A model generated the notes under the pieces. It ran no database searches. It saw only the letters and a list, made by a program, of their open reading frames with translations, and was not told the origin of the DNA. Source: Shimia sp. (GTDB taxonomy: Bacteria; Pseudomonadota; Alphaproteobacteria; Rhodobacterales; Rhodobacteraceae). Taken from it: DNA of 55,731 bases. Below are positions 29,937 through 43,501 of the stretch, one piece after another. The position numbers were made by a program, and so were the translations under genes. The stretch is taken from assembly GCF_041624275.1 (NCBI RefSeq), contig NZ_JBFJVE010000001.1, positions 1 to 55,731 of the forward strand, written 5' to 3'. The first letter of the stretch is position 1. Each line of letters opens with the position of its first letter.

Positions 29937-30782
29937 ATGGCCAAGATTCTCGGAGGCATCACCACCTCGCACATCCCCGCTGTCGGCAACGCCATCCAGC
30001 AGGAGCTTTATGACGATCCCTATTGGAAACCGTTCTTCGACGGCTATCCGAAGGTCCATCAATGGATCAAGGAGAAGAAACCCGACGTGGTCATCAACAT
30101 CTACAACGACCACGGGCTGGGGTTCTTTCTCGACCAGATGCCGACCTTTGCCATCGGCGCGGCACATGAATACAAGAACGAGGACGAAGGCTGGGGCCTG
30201 CCCGAGCTGGACCCGTTCCCGGGCCATCCCGAGATGAGCTGGCACATCATCGAAAGCATGGTCGCCGACGAATTCGACATCACCTCCTGCCAGGAGCTGC
30301 CGGTCGATCACGGTTTCGTGGTGCCGATGCAGCTGTTCTGGCCCGGCGCCCCGCACAATCCGGACATGCCCCGTGCGATCCCGATTTCGGCCAACACGGT
30401 GCAGCACCCGATTCCGACCCTGAAGCGGGCGCTGGATTTCGGCAAGGCGCTGCGACGCGGGATCGAAAGCTTTCCCGAGGATCTCAAGGTGGTGGTGCTG
30501 GGCACCGGCGGGCTGTCGCATCAGCTCGACGGCGAGCGCGCCGGCTTCATCAACCGCGAATTCGACGAATACTGCCTGAACAACATCGTCCACAACCCGG
30601 AAGAGCTGACCAATATCACCCGCATGGAATTGGTCGAGAAGGCCGGCGCCCAGGGCACCGAATTCCTGATGTGGATGATGATGCGTGGCGCGCTTGGCGA
30701 CAACATCACCGAGATCACCCGGAACTACCACATTCCGATCTCGAATACCGGCGCCGGCACGCTGCTGCTGGAATGCGCCTGA
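29937..30782 (+). CDS. ligB: Protocatechuate 4,5-dioxygenase beta subunit (class III extradiol, divergent type)
   Basis: SHIP (His ligand), YNDH (His ligand), DEG, VDHG, GTGGLSHQL.G.RAG, G.E..MW (Glu ligand). Confidence 0.88.
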   Translation: MAKILGGITTSHIPAVGNAIQQELYDDPYWKPFFDGYPKVHQWIKEKKPDVVINIYNDHGLGFFLDQMPTFAIGAAHEYKNEDEGWGLPELDPFPGHPEMSWHIIESMVADEFDITSCQELPVDHGFVVPMQLFWPGAPHNPDMPRAIPISANTVQHPIPTLKRALDFGKALRRGIESFPEDLKVVVLGTGGLSHQLDGERAGFINREFDEYCLNNIVHNPEELTNITRMELVEKAGAQGTEFLMWMMMRGALGDNITEITRNYHIPISNTGAGTLLLECA

Positions 30783-30791
30783 TCGACTGCA

Positions 30792-30816
30792 CCGGGGCCC
30801 GCTTTCAGGGCCCCGG
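30792..30816. terminator. Hairpin between convergent ligB and DsbA-like gene (right edge of the catabolic block)
   Basis: CCGGGGCCC-gctttca-GGGCCCCGG; no clear U-tract. Confidence 0.5.
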
Positions 30817-30839
30817 CGACTGGGGTGTCCGGCCCGTGT

Positions 30840-31439
30840 TCAGAGCTGGCCCGCCAGCACCAGATCGAGATCGGCAAGCCGGTCCTGGCCCCAGAACCTC
30901 TGATCGTCATCGGTGATGTAGAAGGGCGAGCCGAAGGCGCCGGCGGCCACCGCCTGTTCGAGGTTGGCGGCATAGGTCTCGGCACCGGCCAGCAGGCCGC
31001 TGTCGGCCAGAGACGGATCGAACCCCGCCGCGCTAAGGCAGACGCGGATCACCGCATCCTCGGCGATGTCTTTCTGTTCGACGAAACAGGCCCGCAGCAG
31101 CCCGTGAACGAGCCCTCCCAGATCGCCGCCACCGGCGTTCTGCGCGGCGATGATCGCATAGGCCGAGGGCGCCTGGTTGGTCGGCCAGTGGGCCGGTTGC
31201 AGGTTGAACGCCATGCCCAGCCGGCGCGCCTGACGCGGCAGGTCCATGGCCCGGTACTGCTGGCGCGACGGGTGGCGATCCTTGGGCGCCGTGCCGCCGG
31301 TGCGCGCAAACAGCGCCACCACGTCCAGCGGCTTGTAGGTGATCGTCGCACCATGCGCCTTGGCGATCTCTTCCAGACGGGTCCCGGCAAGATAGGCAAA
31401 TGGTGAAATGGTCGAAAAATAGTAGTCAATATGCGCCAT
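30840..31439 (-). CDS. 2-hydroxychromene-2-carboxylate isomerase / GST-kappa (DsbA-like) family protein
   Basis: IDYYFSTISPFAYL, GAFGSPFY, FWGQDRL. Confidence 0.88.
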   Translation of the reverse strand: MAHIDYYFSTISPFAYLAGTRLEEIAKAHGATITYKPLDVVALFARTGGTAPKDRHPSRQQYRAMDLPRQARRLGMAFNLQPAHWPTNQAPSAYAIIAAQNAGGGDLGGLVHGLLRACFVEQKDIAEDAVIRVCLSAAGFDPSLADSGLLAGAETYAANLEQAVAAGAFGSPFYITDDDQRFWGQDRLADLDLVLAGQL

Positions 31440-31556
31440 TTTGGTTCCTCCGCGCCCCGGCATCACTTTGCCCGAGGGTAGGGCCATGTTAAGCGGTGTG
31501 TAACGTCACGAATCTGTCATCTGCCGCTTGCCGACAGCACCCTGGGGACCACTCAC

Positions 31557-32576
31557 ATGCCAACCATCCTTGAACCCAAACTGATCACAGGCACCTCGAA
31601 TATTCCGCTGGCCAAGGCCATCGCACGCCGCATGTCGATGCATCGCGGCAAGACCCTCGGGCTGGTCGAAGCCCGGGTCGAGCGTTTCAACGACCAGGAA
31701 ATCTTCGTCGAGGTCTATGAGAACGTGCGCGGCGAGGACATGTTCATCATCCAGCCGACCTCGAACCCGGCCAATGACAACCTGATGGAGCTGCTGATCA
31801 TGGCCGATGCGCTGCGCCGCTCGTCGGCCGCCCGGATCACCGCGATCATCCCCTATTTCGGCTATGCCCGCCAGGACCGCCGCACCAAGGCGCGCACCCC
31901 GATCACCGCCAAGCTGGTGGCCAACATGCTGGTCGAGGCCGGGGTCGAGCGGATCCTGACCATGGATCTTCACGCCGCGCAGATCCAAGGCTTCTTCGAC
32001 ATTCCGGTCGACAACCTCTATGCCTCGCCGATCTTTGCCCTCGATATCCTGAACCAGTTCAAGGGCGATGAGCTCAAGGACGTCATGGTGGTGTCGCCCG
32101 ACGTCGGCGGCGTCGCCCGTGCGCGCGAGCTGGCCAAGCGCATCAACGCCCCGCTGTCGATCGTCGACAAGCGCCGCGAGAAGCCCGGTGAAGTGGCCGA
32201 GATGACCGTGATCGGCGATGTCAGCGGCAAGAAATGCATCATCGTCGACGACATCTGCGACACCGCCGGCACGCTCTGCAAGGCCGCCGAGGTGCTGATG
32301 GAGCACGGCGCCACCGAGGTGCATTCCTATATCACCCACGGCGTCCTGTCGGGCCCGGCGGTCGAGCGGATCTCGAAATCGGTGATGAAGTCGCTGGTGA
32401 TCACCGACAGTATCGAGCCCACCCAGCCGGTGCTGGATACGCCCAATATCCGCATCGTGCCGACCGCGCCGATGTTTGCCCAGGCGATCCTGAATATCTG
32501 GAACGGCACCTCGGTCTCGTCGCTGTTCGACACCGCGACGTTGGAGCCGGCCTACGAGGGGCTGTTCAACGTCTGA
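31557..32576 (+). CDS. prs: Ribose-phosphate pyrophosphokinase
   Basis: [44 protein letters not shown]. Confidence 0.98.
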   Translation: MPTILEPKLITGTSNIPLAKAIARRMSMHRGKTLGLVEARVERFNDQEIFVEVYENVRGEDMFIIQPTSNPANDNLMELLIMADALRRSSAARITAIIPYFGYARQDRRTKARTPITAKLVANMLVEAGVERILTMDLHAAQIQGFFDIPVDNLYASPIFALDILNQFKGDELKDVMVVSPDVGGVARARELAKRINAPLSIVDKRREKPGEVAEMTVIGDVSGKKCIIVDDICDTAGTLCKAAEVLMEHGATEVHSYITHGVLSGPAVERISKSVMKSLVITDSIEPTQPVLDTPNIRIVPTAPMFAQAILNIWNGTSVSSLFDTATLEPAYEGLFNV

Positions 32577-32609
32577 GCCTCCAAAGGCGCAACAGCACGG
32601 AACGGATCA

Positions 32610-32636
32610 GAGGGCGCCCCAGAGGCGCCCTTTCTC
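32610..32636 (+). terminator. Intrinsic terminator after prs
   Basis: GAGGGCGCC-ccaga-GGCGCCCTT followed by TCTC. Confidence 0.6.
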
Positions 32637-32683
32637 ATGACGCCGCCCCCCGTATCCCGAGATCCCGAGGGGGCATGCCGGGG

Positions 32684-33034
32684 TCAGTCGACCTGCCAGT
32701 CGTCCGCATAGGGCAGTTCGCCGACCGCCAGCCAAGACAGGCGGATGCGGGCGACGCGGCTGTCGCCCCAGGTCCTGAACACCAGCTCGAACCCGTCGTG
32801 GCCGATGTTTTCCGCCTTCGCTTCGGCGCGCTGGTGCGGACCGCTGTCCATGTCGGAAAGCGCCACCGAGACATGCACCGCAGGCGCGGCGCGGTAGGCC
32901 TCGGAAAAGGTTACTTTCTTGCGGCGTTCACGCGGGCCGGTGCCGGTCCACATCTCGCCGCCGTCCTCGAAATCCGCGAACAGGGACACGTCGCCCTGGT
33001 CGACGCCGATCAGATGATTTCTCAGTCGTTTCAT
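32684..33034 (-). CDS. H-type lectin domain protein
   Basis: GDVSLF.DF..GG.MW.G.G.R, F...Y...P.V.V.L...D, F.TWGDSR.AR....W.A.G. Confidence 0.8.
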   Translation of the reverse strand: MKRLRNHLIGVDQGDVSLFADFEDGGEMWTGTGPRERRKKVTFSEAYRAAPAVHVSVALSDMDSGPHQRAEAKAENIGHDGFELVFRTWGDSRVARIRLSWLAVGELPYADDWQVD

Positions 33035-33129
33035 GCCGCTTTCCAGTTTTGGCTACCCGAGTACCGGAAACCGGCCGCGCAATGCAAACGCAATTTCCGA
33101 AATGCCCCTGGCGCGGCCCTTCGGCAACG

Positions 33130-33159
33130 AAAAAGGCCCCGCGAAACGCGGGGCCTTTT
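33130..33159 (-). terminator. Intrinsic terminator of the atpHAGDC operon
   Basis: Perfect AAAAGGCCCCGCG-aaa-CGCGGGGCCTTTT, 20 bp past the atpC stop. Confidence 0.9.
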
Positions 33160-33179
33160 CTGTATCGATCTGAGCGGGC

Positions 33180-33578
33180 TCAGAGGTTCAGCGCAGCGCG
33201 CAGCGCCTCGAGATCGGCCAGGGTCTTGTTGGCAGCGTCCTTGGACTCGGGCGTCGCATTGGCCGCGGCTTCCGAGGCCTGGGCGATCAGCGCGTCCATG
33301 TCGGCGGCGGTCACTTCCGCCACCGGCATGGCCTTCTCGGCCAGAACCGAGGTGCCTTCACCGGTGATCTCGGCAAACCCGCCGGTCACCGCGTATTGCG
33401 ATGCGCCATCGGGTCCGTCCACGGTCAGAACGCCGGGGCGCAGCGTGGTGATGGTCGGAGCATGATCCGGCATTGCGGTCATGTCGCCATCGGCGCCCGG
33501 GATCTGGACTGCCGTCGCCTGAAGCGAAGCAAGGCTCCGCTCAGGGCTGACAAGGTCAAATTGCATCGTGTTTGCCAT
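33180..33578 (-). CDS. atpC: F1 ATP synthase epsilon subunit
   Basis: [13 protein letters not shown]....DHAP....LRPG, V.GGFAE. Confidence 0.97.
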   Translation of the reverse strand: MANTMQFDLVSPERSLASLQATAVQIPGADGDMTAMPDHAPTITTLRPGVLTVDGPDGASQYAVTGGFAEITGEGTSVLAEKAMPVAEVTAADMDALIAQASEAAANATPESKDAANKTLADLEALRAALNL

Positions 33579-33589
33579 CAGGGGCCTCC

Positions 33590-35029
<1,440 letters not shown>

Positions 35030-35905
35030 TTAGAGCGCTTCAGCGCCCGAGATGATTTCAATAAGCTCGTTGGTGATCACAGCCTGACGCGAGCGGTTGT
35101 ACTGGATCGTCAGTTTGTCGATCATGTCGCCTGCGTTGCGGGTCGCGTTGTCCATTGCGGACATCCGCGCGCCCTGCTCCGAGGCACCGTTTTCCAGCAG
35201 TGCGGCGAAGATCTGCGTCGCAACTCCGCGCGGCAGCAGGTCGGCAAGGATCGCCTCTTCGCTGGGCTCGTAGTCGTAGAGCATGCTTGCGCCGTCACCT
35301 TCGACCTCGTCAAACGCGGCCGGGATGATCTGCTGTGCGGTCGGGATCTGGCTGATGACCGACTGGAAGCGGTTGAAGAAGATCGTCGCGACGTCGAACT
35401 CGCCGGCATCGAAACGCGACAGCAGGTCGCGCGCGATGTCCTGAGCGTTGTCGTAGCCGATCTTCTTGACCTCGGACAGATCGACATGAGCGACGATCTT
35501 GTCCTGGAAGTCACGCTTCAGCTGCTCGCGGCCTTTCTTGCCGACGGTCAGGATCTTGACGGTCTTGCCTGCGGCGGTCAGCTCCTGAGCCTTGGCACGA
35601 GCGAGTTTCACGATCGAGCTGTTGAAGCCGCCGCACAGACCCCGCTCTGCGGTCAGGACCACCAACAGGTGGACCTGATCGCTTCCGGTGCCCGAAAGCA
35701 GCTTGGGTGCAGAGTCGGAACCACCGACCGAGGCCGCCAGCCCACCCAGAACGGCGTTGAACCGTTCCGTGTAGGGGCGCGATGCCTCGGCAGCGTCCTG
35801 CGCGCGGCGAAGTTTCGCCGCGGCAACCATCTGCATGGCCTTGGTGATCTTGCGAGTGTTCTTCACACTCTCGATCCGAGTTTTTAGGTCCTTCAGACTG
35901 GGCAT
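35030..35905 (-). CDS. atpG: F1 ATP synthase gamma subunit
   Basis: [47 protein letters not shown]. Confidence 0.99.
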   Translation of the reverse strand: MPSLKDLKTRIESVKNTRKITKAMQMVAAAKLRRAQDAAEASRPYTERFNAVLGGLAASVGGSDSAPKLLSGTGSDQVHLLVVLTAERGLCGGFNSSIVKLARAKAQELTAAGKTVKILTVGKKGREQLKRDFQDKIVAHVDLSEVKKIGYDNAQDIARDLLSRFDAGEFDVATIFFNRFQSVISQIPTAQQIIPAAFDEVEGDGASMLYDYEPSEEAILADLLPRGVATQIFAALLENGASEQGARMSAMDNATRNAGDMIDKLTIQYNRSRQAVITNELIEIISGAEAL

Positions 35906-35917
35906 TGTCCGAACCCC

Positions 35918-37455
<1,538 letters not shown>

Positions 37456-37456
<1 letters not shown>

Positions 37457-38016
37457 TATCCGACCTCTTTCATTGCATTCTGGAGGGAAGAGAGCTTGGA
37501 AGCGATCGAGGTATCGATCATCTTCGAGCCCACCTTAACGACAAGACCGCCGATGAGGGCTTCATCAACGGTCGCATTGATTTTGACATCTTTGCCCACG
37601 CGGGCAGCAAGAGTCTTGGCAAGTTTCTCGCTCTGAGTCTTGGTCAGGGCCTTGGCCGAGACCACGTCTGCGGTCACTTCACCCTTCTCTTCGGCGATCA
37701 TTGCGCGCAGCTGTTCGACGAGCTGCGGCATCACAAACAGGCGGCGCTTTTCGGCCATCAGGCTCAGCGCGTTCTTCAGCATCGGCTGAAGACCCATTTT
37801 GTCGGCAATTCCCGCAATGGCCTTGCCCTGAACTTCGCGGGTGTACACCGGCGAATTGATCAGGTCGCGCACATCTGCGCTTTCGGCCAAGACGGAACTC
37901 AGGTCATCAAGACCGCTTTCCAGTTCGGCAAGCGACTTGGTCTCTTTGGCGATCTCGAAGATCGCTTTGGCATAGCGTTCCGCGATGCCGGAGGAGATCG
38001 AAGCTGGTTCGGACAC
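37456..38016 (-). CDS. atpH: F1 ATP synthase delta subunit
   Basis: [10 protein letters not shown]...[19 protein letters not shown]; GTG start at 38016 (or 38022). Confidence 0.96.
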
Positions 38017-38345
38017 GTCCACCCTTCCGCGTTTTGGCCCCAGAATCGGCATACTTTTGTATGCAATTCTCGGGGACGTTTCATCGCCCCGGCAAGTCGG
38101 GGCAGTAAAATCCGTCGCGGGTGTAGCAGAGCCTTCGCCACCTAGCAACATGGTTTGGAATATTCCGCCAGACCCGCAAAGCCCTTGTTTATATGGCTTT
38201 GCCACAGGTGCGACCCTTTGCCTGTGACGGGGCGTCAAATTTTACCTTCCGAAAAGGCGGTTTTTCGCGATTCCCGGGGCGCGCGGCGGGCAAAATGCGG
38301 CGCGTTCGGACGCCCCCCTGCCCCCCCCCTCCGGCCAGAGCGCCG

Positions 38346-39086
38346 CTAGACCGGCGCCGTCCCCGGTTTGGGCGCCAGCACGCCAAGCGGTTTCCTCACC
38401 GCCTCGCGCAGACCCGGCCCCGAGGGGGCATGCACCCTCTTGCTGGCCTCGACCATGAGCACGCCGCCGGCCATCACCGGCGACACGGTCTTGCCGACGC
38501 TTTCCCAGAGCGGCCCGGTGCGGCGCCAGAAGCGGCGATGCGACGGCGGCTGGAACAGGGTCGTGCGGTGGCGCTCGGGCATGAAACCGTGCTGGCGCAG
38601 CTGCGCCTCGAGCTGCGAGGTCGAATAGGGGCGGCCGAAACCAAAGGGGGTCTTGTCGCTGCGCGACCACAGGCCGGCGCGGTGCGGCACGATGAACAGC
38701 GCCCGCCCGCCCGGCCCCAGCACCCGGTTGGCCTCGGTCAGCAGATCACCCGGCCGGTCGCAGTTCTCGAGCCCGTGCATCATCACCAGCCGGTCGACGC
38801 GCCCGGTCTCGATCGGCCACAGGGTCTCTTCACAGAGGGCCGCGACATTGGCCATGCCCGCCGGCCAGGGCATCACCCCCTGCGGCGCCGGCATCAGGCC
38901 GATCACCCGGCGCGCCTCGGCCAGATAGGGGCGCAAGAGCGGCACCGCGAACCCGTAGCCCACCACCGACTGCCCCTTGGCCTCGGGCCACAGATCCAGC
39001 GTCTCGTCGCGCACCGCCTTCTGGGCGGCACGGCCCAGGGCGCTGCGATAGTAGAAGTTTCGGAGATCCTGAACGTCGAGATACAT
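38346..39086 (-). CDS. Class I SAM-dependent methyltransferase-like protein (YafS-like), divergent from gloB
   Basis: [47 protein letters not shown]. Confidence 0.8.
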   Translation of the reverse strand: MYLDVQDLRNFYYRSALGRAAQKAVRDETLDLWPEAKGQSVVGYGFAVPLLRPYLAEARRVIGLMPAPQGVMPWPAGMANVAALCEETLWPIETGRVDRLVMMHGLENCDRPGDLLTEANRVLGPGGRALFIVPHRAGLWSRSDKTPFGFGRPYSTSQLEAQLRQHGFMPERHRTTLFQPPSHRRFWRRTGPLWESVGKTVSPVMAGGVLMVEASKRVHAPSGPGLREAVRKPLGVLAPKPGTAPV

Positions 39087-39258
39087 TGCAACCGCCCAAT
39101 CAATCGGCAAAGCTGAGGCGTTTCGCGACGCCCCCTGTTCGGGGTGGGCGTGAAACGCGCGGAACCTATAATGTCGTGAGCGTATCGACCCCGGCCGCCG
39201 ATGCGGATCGGACCCGATACATCCCGGCCACACCATAGCAAGCAAAAAGCGAAACTCC

Positions 39259-40026
39259 ATGCCTCTCGAAATCGTCACCCTGCCCTGCCTGTCCGACAAC
39301 TACTGCTTTCTTCTGCACGATGCCGACAGTGGCGCCACCGCAGTGGTCGACGTGCCGGACGCCGCAGTGATTTCCGAGGCCCTCGCCGCCCGGGGATGGA
39401 CCCTTGGCCAGGTGCTGCTTACCCATCATCACTGGGATCATGTCGACGGGCTGCCGGCCCTGCTCGAGGCGCACCCGGCGCAGGTCATCGGCGCCAAGGC
39501 CGATGCCCACCGGCTGCCGCCGCTGGACCTCGAGGTCGCCGAGGGCGACGGTTTCCTTGTCGGCAGCGAGCCGGTCGAGGTGCTCGAGGTGCCCGGGCAC
39601 ACGCTGGGCCATATCGCCTTTTACCTGCCGAACGCGGGGGCCGTCTTCACCGCCGACAGCCTCATGGCCATGGGCTGCGGCCGCCTGTTCGAGGGTGATC
39701 CGGCGATGATGTGGGCCTCGCTCTGCAAACTCGCCGCACTGCCCGCCGAGACCCTTGTCTGCTCGGGCCACGAATACACCGAGGCCAACGCCCGCTTCGC
39801 CAAGACCGTCGATCCCGACAACCCCGCGCTTGCCGCCCGGATCGAAGCCATTGCCGCGGCCCGCGCGGCAGGGCGGCCGACCGTGCCCTCGCGGCTGTCC
39901 GAAGAGCTGGACAGCAATCCCTTCCTGCGCGCCACGGCCCCAGAAGTGGCGCGGCATCTGGGAATGACCGGGGCGGACCCGGAACACGTATTTGCAGAAA
40001 TTCGCAAGCGTAAAGACAATTTTTAG
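39259..40026 (+). CDS. gloB: Hydroxyacylglutathione hydrolase (glyoxalase II)
   Basis: [45 protein letters not shown]. Confidence 0.96.
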   Translation: MPLEIVTLPCLSDNYCFLLHDADSGATAVVDVPDAAVISEALAARGWTLGQVLLTHHHWDHVDGLPALLEAHPAQVIGAKADAHRLPPLDLEVAEGDGFLVGSEPVEVLEVPGHTLGHIAFYLPNAGAVFTADSLMAMGCGRLFEGDPAMMWASLCKLAALPAETLVCSGHEYTEANARFAKTVDPDNPALAARIEAIAAARAAGRPTVPSRLSEELDSNPFLRATAPEVARHLGMTGADPEHVFAEIRKRKDNF

Positions 40027-40090
40027 TGTACTATGATCTCATCTAATTCGGCTAAATCCTGCAAATGTGAAGGGAATTCCGAAGAAAGAG

Positions 40091-40119
40091 CTTGAAGACC
40101 GGCCCAGATAGACCAAACT
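40091..40119 (+). promoter_or_regulatory. Possible RpoH (sigma32)-type promoter of clpA
   Basis: CTTG(AA)-N18-CCAAACT in an AT-rich gap, resembling the alphaproteobacterial heat-shock consensus. Confidence 0.4.
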
Positions 40120-40192
40120 TTATAAGTATGAGGCCATGGTTGTGAGGGGTCTCGCATCCCGCCAACCCAGAACCAGAAGGAGCACCGGAGCA

Positions 40193-42514
40193 GTGCCTTC
40201 ATTCTCGACCACCCTGGAGCAGGCCATTCATGCGGCGCTGGCGCAGGCCAATGCGCGCCGCCACGAATTCGCCACGCTCGAACACCTGCTTCTGGCATTG
40301 CTGGAAGAACCCGATGCGGTGCGCGTGATGCGCGCCTGCAGCGTCGACCTTGACGAGCTGCGCAGCACGCTGGTCGAGTTCATCGACGACGACCTGTCCA
40401 ACCTCGTGACCGACATCGAGGGCTCGGAGGCGGTGCCGACCGCCGCCTTCCAGCGCGTCATTCAGCGCGCCGCGATCCACGTGCAGTCTTCGGGCCGCAC
40501 CGAGGTCACCGGCGCCAATGTGCTGGTGGCGATCTTTGCCGAACGCGAATCCAACGCCGCCTATTTCCTGCAGGAGCAGGACATGACCCGCTATGACGCG
40601 GTCAATTACATCGCCCATGGCGTGGCCAAGGATCCGGCCTTCGGCGAAAGCCGGCCGATCACCGGCGCCGAGGAAGAAGAAAGCCAGACCGTCGACGCCA
40701 CCGAGGGCGACAAGAAGGAAAGCGCGCTGGCGAAATACTGCGTCGATCTCAACGCCAAGGCCCGCAAGGGCGACGTCGATCCGCTGATCGGGCGCGGCGA
40801 AGAGGTCGAGCGCTGTATCCAGGTGCTGTGCCGCCGCCGCAAGAACAACCCGCTTCTGGTCGGTGACCCCGGGGTCGGCAAGACCGCCATCGCCGAGGGG
40901 CTGGCGCATCAGATCGTCTCGGGCGAGACCCCCGAGGTGCTGTCCAAGACCACGATCTATTCGCTCGACATGGGGGCGCTGCTTGCCGGCACCCGCTATC
41001 GCGGCGATTTCGAGGAACGGCTGAAGGCGGTGGTCTCTGAACTCGAGGAACACCCCGACGCGGTGCTGTTCATCGACGAGATTCACACCGTGATCGGCGC
41101 CGGCGCCACCTCGGGCGGCGCGATGGATGCCTCGAACCTGCTGAAGCCGGCCCTGCAGGGCGGCAAGCTGCGCTGCATGGGATCGACCACCTACAAGGAG
41201 TTCCGCCAGCATTTCGAAAAGGACCGCGCCCTCAGCCGCCGGTTCCAGAAGATCGACATCTCAGAGCCATCGGTCGAGGACACGATCAAGATCCTCAAGG
41301 GGTTGAAACCCTATTTCGAAGAGCATCACAGCGTCAAATACACCGCCGAGGCGATCAAGACCGCCGTCGAGCTGTCGGCGCGCTACATGAATGACCGCAA
41401 GCTGCCCGACAAGGCGATCGACGTCATCGACGAGGCCGGCGCGGCGCAGCATCTGGTAACGGCTTCCAAGCGCCGCAAGACCATCGGCGTCAAGGAGATC
41501 GAAGCCGTGGTCGCCAAGATCGCCCGCATCCCGCCCAAGAACGTGTCGAAGGACGATGCCGAGGTTCTGAAAGATCTCGAGCGGTCGCTGAAACGCGTCG
41601 TCTTCGGCCAGGATCCGGCCATCGAGGCCCTGTCGAGCGCCATCAAACTGGCGCGCGCCGGGCTGCGCGAGCCCGAGAAACCGATCGGCAACTATCTTTT
41701 CGCCGGGCCGACCGGGGTCGGCAAGACCGAGGTCGCCAAACAGCTTGCCGACACGCTGGGCGTGGAACTGCTGCGCTTCGACATGTCGGAATACATGGAG
41801 AAACACGCGGTCAGCCGCCTGATCGGCGCCCCGCCGGGCTATGTCGGCTTCGACCAGGGCGGGCAGCTGACCGACGGGGTCGACCAGCATCCGCATTGCG
41901 TGCTGCTGCTCGACGAGATCGAAAAGGCGCATCCGGATGTCTACAACATCCTGTTGCAGGTGATGGATCACGGCTCGCTGACCGATCACAACGGGCGCAC
42001 CGTGGATTTCCGCAACGTGATCCTGATCATGACCTCGAATGCCGGCGCCATGGAACAGGCCAAATCGGCGATCGGCTTCGGCCGTGACCGCCGCGAGGGC
42101 GAAGACACCGCCGCCATCGAGCGCACCTTCACGCCGGAATTCCGCAACCGGCTGGATGCGGTGATTTCCTTCGCGCCGCTGTCCAAGAAGGTCATCATGC
42201 GCGTGGTCGAGAAGTTCGTGCTGCAACTCGAGGCGCAGCTGATGGATCGCAATGTGACCATCGAGCTGACCCCCAAGGCCGCCGAATGGCTGGGCGAGCG
42301 CGGTTACGACGACAAGATGGGCGCCCGCCCTCTGGCCCGCGTGATCCAGGAGCATATCAAGAAACCGCTCGCCGAGGAGCTGCTGTTCGGCAAGCTCGCC
42401 AAGGGCGGTGTGGTCAAGGTGACGGTGAAGGGCGACGCGCTGAAGCTCGAGCTCAGCGGCCCCGACAAGCCGCGCATCACCGGCAACAAGCCACCGCTGC
42501 TCACCGCGGAATGA
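40193..42514 (+). CDS. clpA: ATP-dependent Clp protease ATP-binding subunit ClpA
   Basis: Two AAA modules ([16 protein letters not shown]), [13 protein letters not shown] ClpP-docking loop; GTG start 40193. Confidence 0.97.
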   Translation: MPSFSTTLEQAIHAALAQANARRHEFATLEHLLLALLEEPDAVRVMRACSVDLDELRSTLVEFIDDDLSNLVTDIEGSEAVPTAAFQRVIQRAAIHVQSSGRTEVTGANVLVAIFAERESNAAYFLQEQDMTRYDAVNYIAHGVAKDPAFGESRPITGAEEEESQTVDATEGDKKESALAKYCVDLNAKARKGDVDPLIGRGEEVERCIQVLCRRRKNNPLLVGDPGVGKTAIAEGLAHQIVSGETPEVLSKTTIYSLDMGALLAGTRYRGDFEERLKAVVSELEEHPDAVLFIDEIHTVIGAGATSGGAMDASNLLKPALQGGKLRCMGSTTYKEFRQHFEKDRALSRRFQKIDISEPSVEDTIKILKGLKPYFEEHHSVKYTAEAIKTAVELSARYMNDRKLPDKAIDVIDEAGAAQHLVTASKRRKTIGVKEIEAVVAKIARIPPKNVSKDDAEVLKDLERSLKRVVFGQDPAIEALSSAIKLARAGLREPEKPIGNYLFAGPTGVGKTEVAKQLADTLGVELLRFDMSEYMEKHAVSRLIGAPPGYVGFDQGGQLTDGVDQHPHCVLLLDEIEKAHPDVYNILLQVMDHGSLTDHNGRTVDFRNVILIMTSNAGAMEQAKSAIGFGRDRREGEDTAAIERTFTPEFRNRLDAVISFAPLSKKVIMRVVEKFVLQLEAQLMDRNVTIELTPKAAEWLGERGYDDKMGARPLARVIQEHIKKPLAEELLFGKLAKGGVVKVTVKGDALKLELSGPDKPRITGNKPPLLTAE

Positions 42515-43479
42515 TCGCCCGCGCGATCCTGACGATTTATGCGCTCGCAGCTTTCCCGGCTGCGGGCGCACCCGTTTTGGACCAGCCCGTCGACTGCGTT
42601 TTGGGCGAGACCTGCTATATCCAGAACTACGTCGACAACGACCCCTCGCTTGCCGCCGCCGATTTCGCCTGTGGCGGGCTGACCTATGACGGCCACAAGG
42701 GGACCGATTTCGCCCTGCCCACCCTGCGCGACATGCAGCGCGGCGTCGCCGTGCGCGCCGCCGCCGCAGGCGTGGTGGCCGCCAGCCGCGACGGCATGGC
42801 CGACCTCGGCTATTCCCAAGACACCGCCGAGACGGTGCGCGGGCGCGAATGCGGCAATGGGCTTGCCATCGACCACGGCGACGGCTGGGTCACCCAGTAC
42901 TGCCACATGAAACGCGGCACGGTTGCCGTTTCGCCGGGGCAGCGAGTGCTCGCCGGGCAGGTGCTGGGGCAGGTCGGCCTCAGCGGCAAGACCGAATTCC
43001 CGCATCTGCACATGTCGCTGCGCCACAACGGGGTGGTGGTCGACCCTTTCGCGCCCTCGGGGCCGGACCAAAGCTGCCGGGGCGACGCGGGCGGTGCGCT
43101 TTGGCGCAGCCCGCCGGGCTACACGGCCGGGGGGCTGGTGCGGCTCGGCTTCGAGACCGGCGTGCCGTCATTCGCGGCGGTGAAGTCCGGCGCCGCAGGC
43201 CGCCAGAGCCTGTCGGCGGACGCCCCGGCGCTGGTGCTCTTCGCGCAGGGTTTCGGCAGCCGCGCCGGTGACAGGGTCACGCTCCGCATCACCGGCCCCG
43301 AGGGGTTCAGCTTTGATCACGACGCCACGCTGAGCCGGACTCAGGCGCTGTATTTCCGCGCCGCCGGAAAGAAACGCCCCGCCGGCGGCTGGCCGACCGG
43401 GGCCTATCTGGGTCAGGTGACCCTGATGCGCGACGGCGCCGCCTATGATCACGCCAGCCTGACACTGGTGGTCGAATAA
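42511..43479 (+). CDS. M23-family metallopeptidase, exported
   Basis: Signal peptide; HKGTD (HxxxD), Y.H, PHLH (HxH); start overlaps the clpA stop (ATGA). Confidence 0.88.
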   Translation: MIARAILTIYALAAFPAAGAPVLDQPVDCVLGETCYIQNYVDNDPSLAAADFACGGLTYDGHKGTDFALPTLRDMQRGVAVRAAAAGVVAASRDGMADLGYSQDTAETVRGRECGNGLAIDHGDGWVTQYCHMKRGTVAVSPGQRVLAGQVLGQVGLSGKTEFPHLHMSLRHNGVVVDPFAPSGPDQSCRGDAGGALWRSPPGYTAGGLVRLGFETGVPSFAAVKSGAAGRQSLSADAPALVLFAQGFGSRAGDRVTLRITGPEGFSFDHDATLSRTQALYFRAAGKKRPAGGWPTGAYLGQVTLMRDGAAYDHASLTLVVE

Positions 43480-43501
43480 ACCGGGTCTTCGCAGCGGCGG
43501 G

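Noticed and set aside
30840-31439. 2-hydroxychromene-2-carboxylate isomerase as part of the aromatic island (naphthalene pathway)
   Set aside because: It is convergent with ligB and divergent from prs, and no nah genes are present. As I recall, this GST-kappa-like gene is a usual neighbour of prs in the family, so it marks the core flank.
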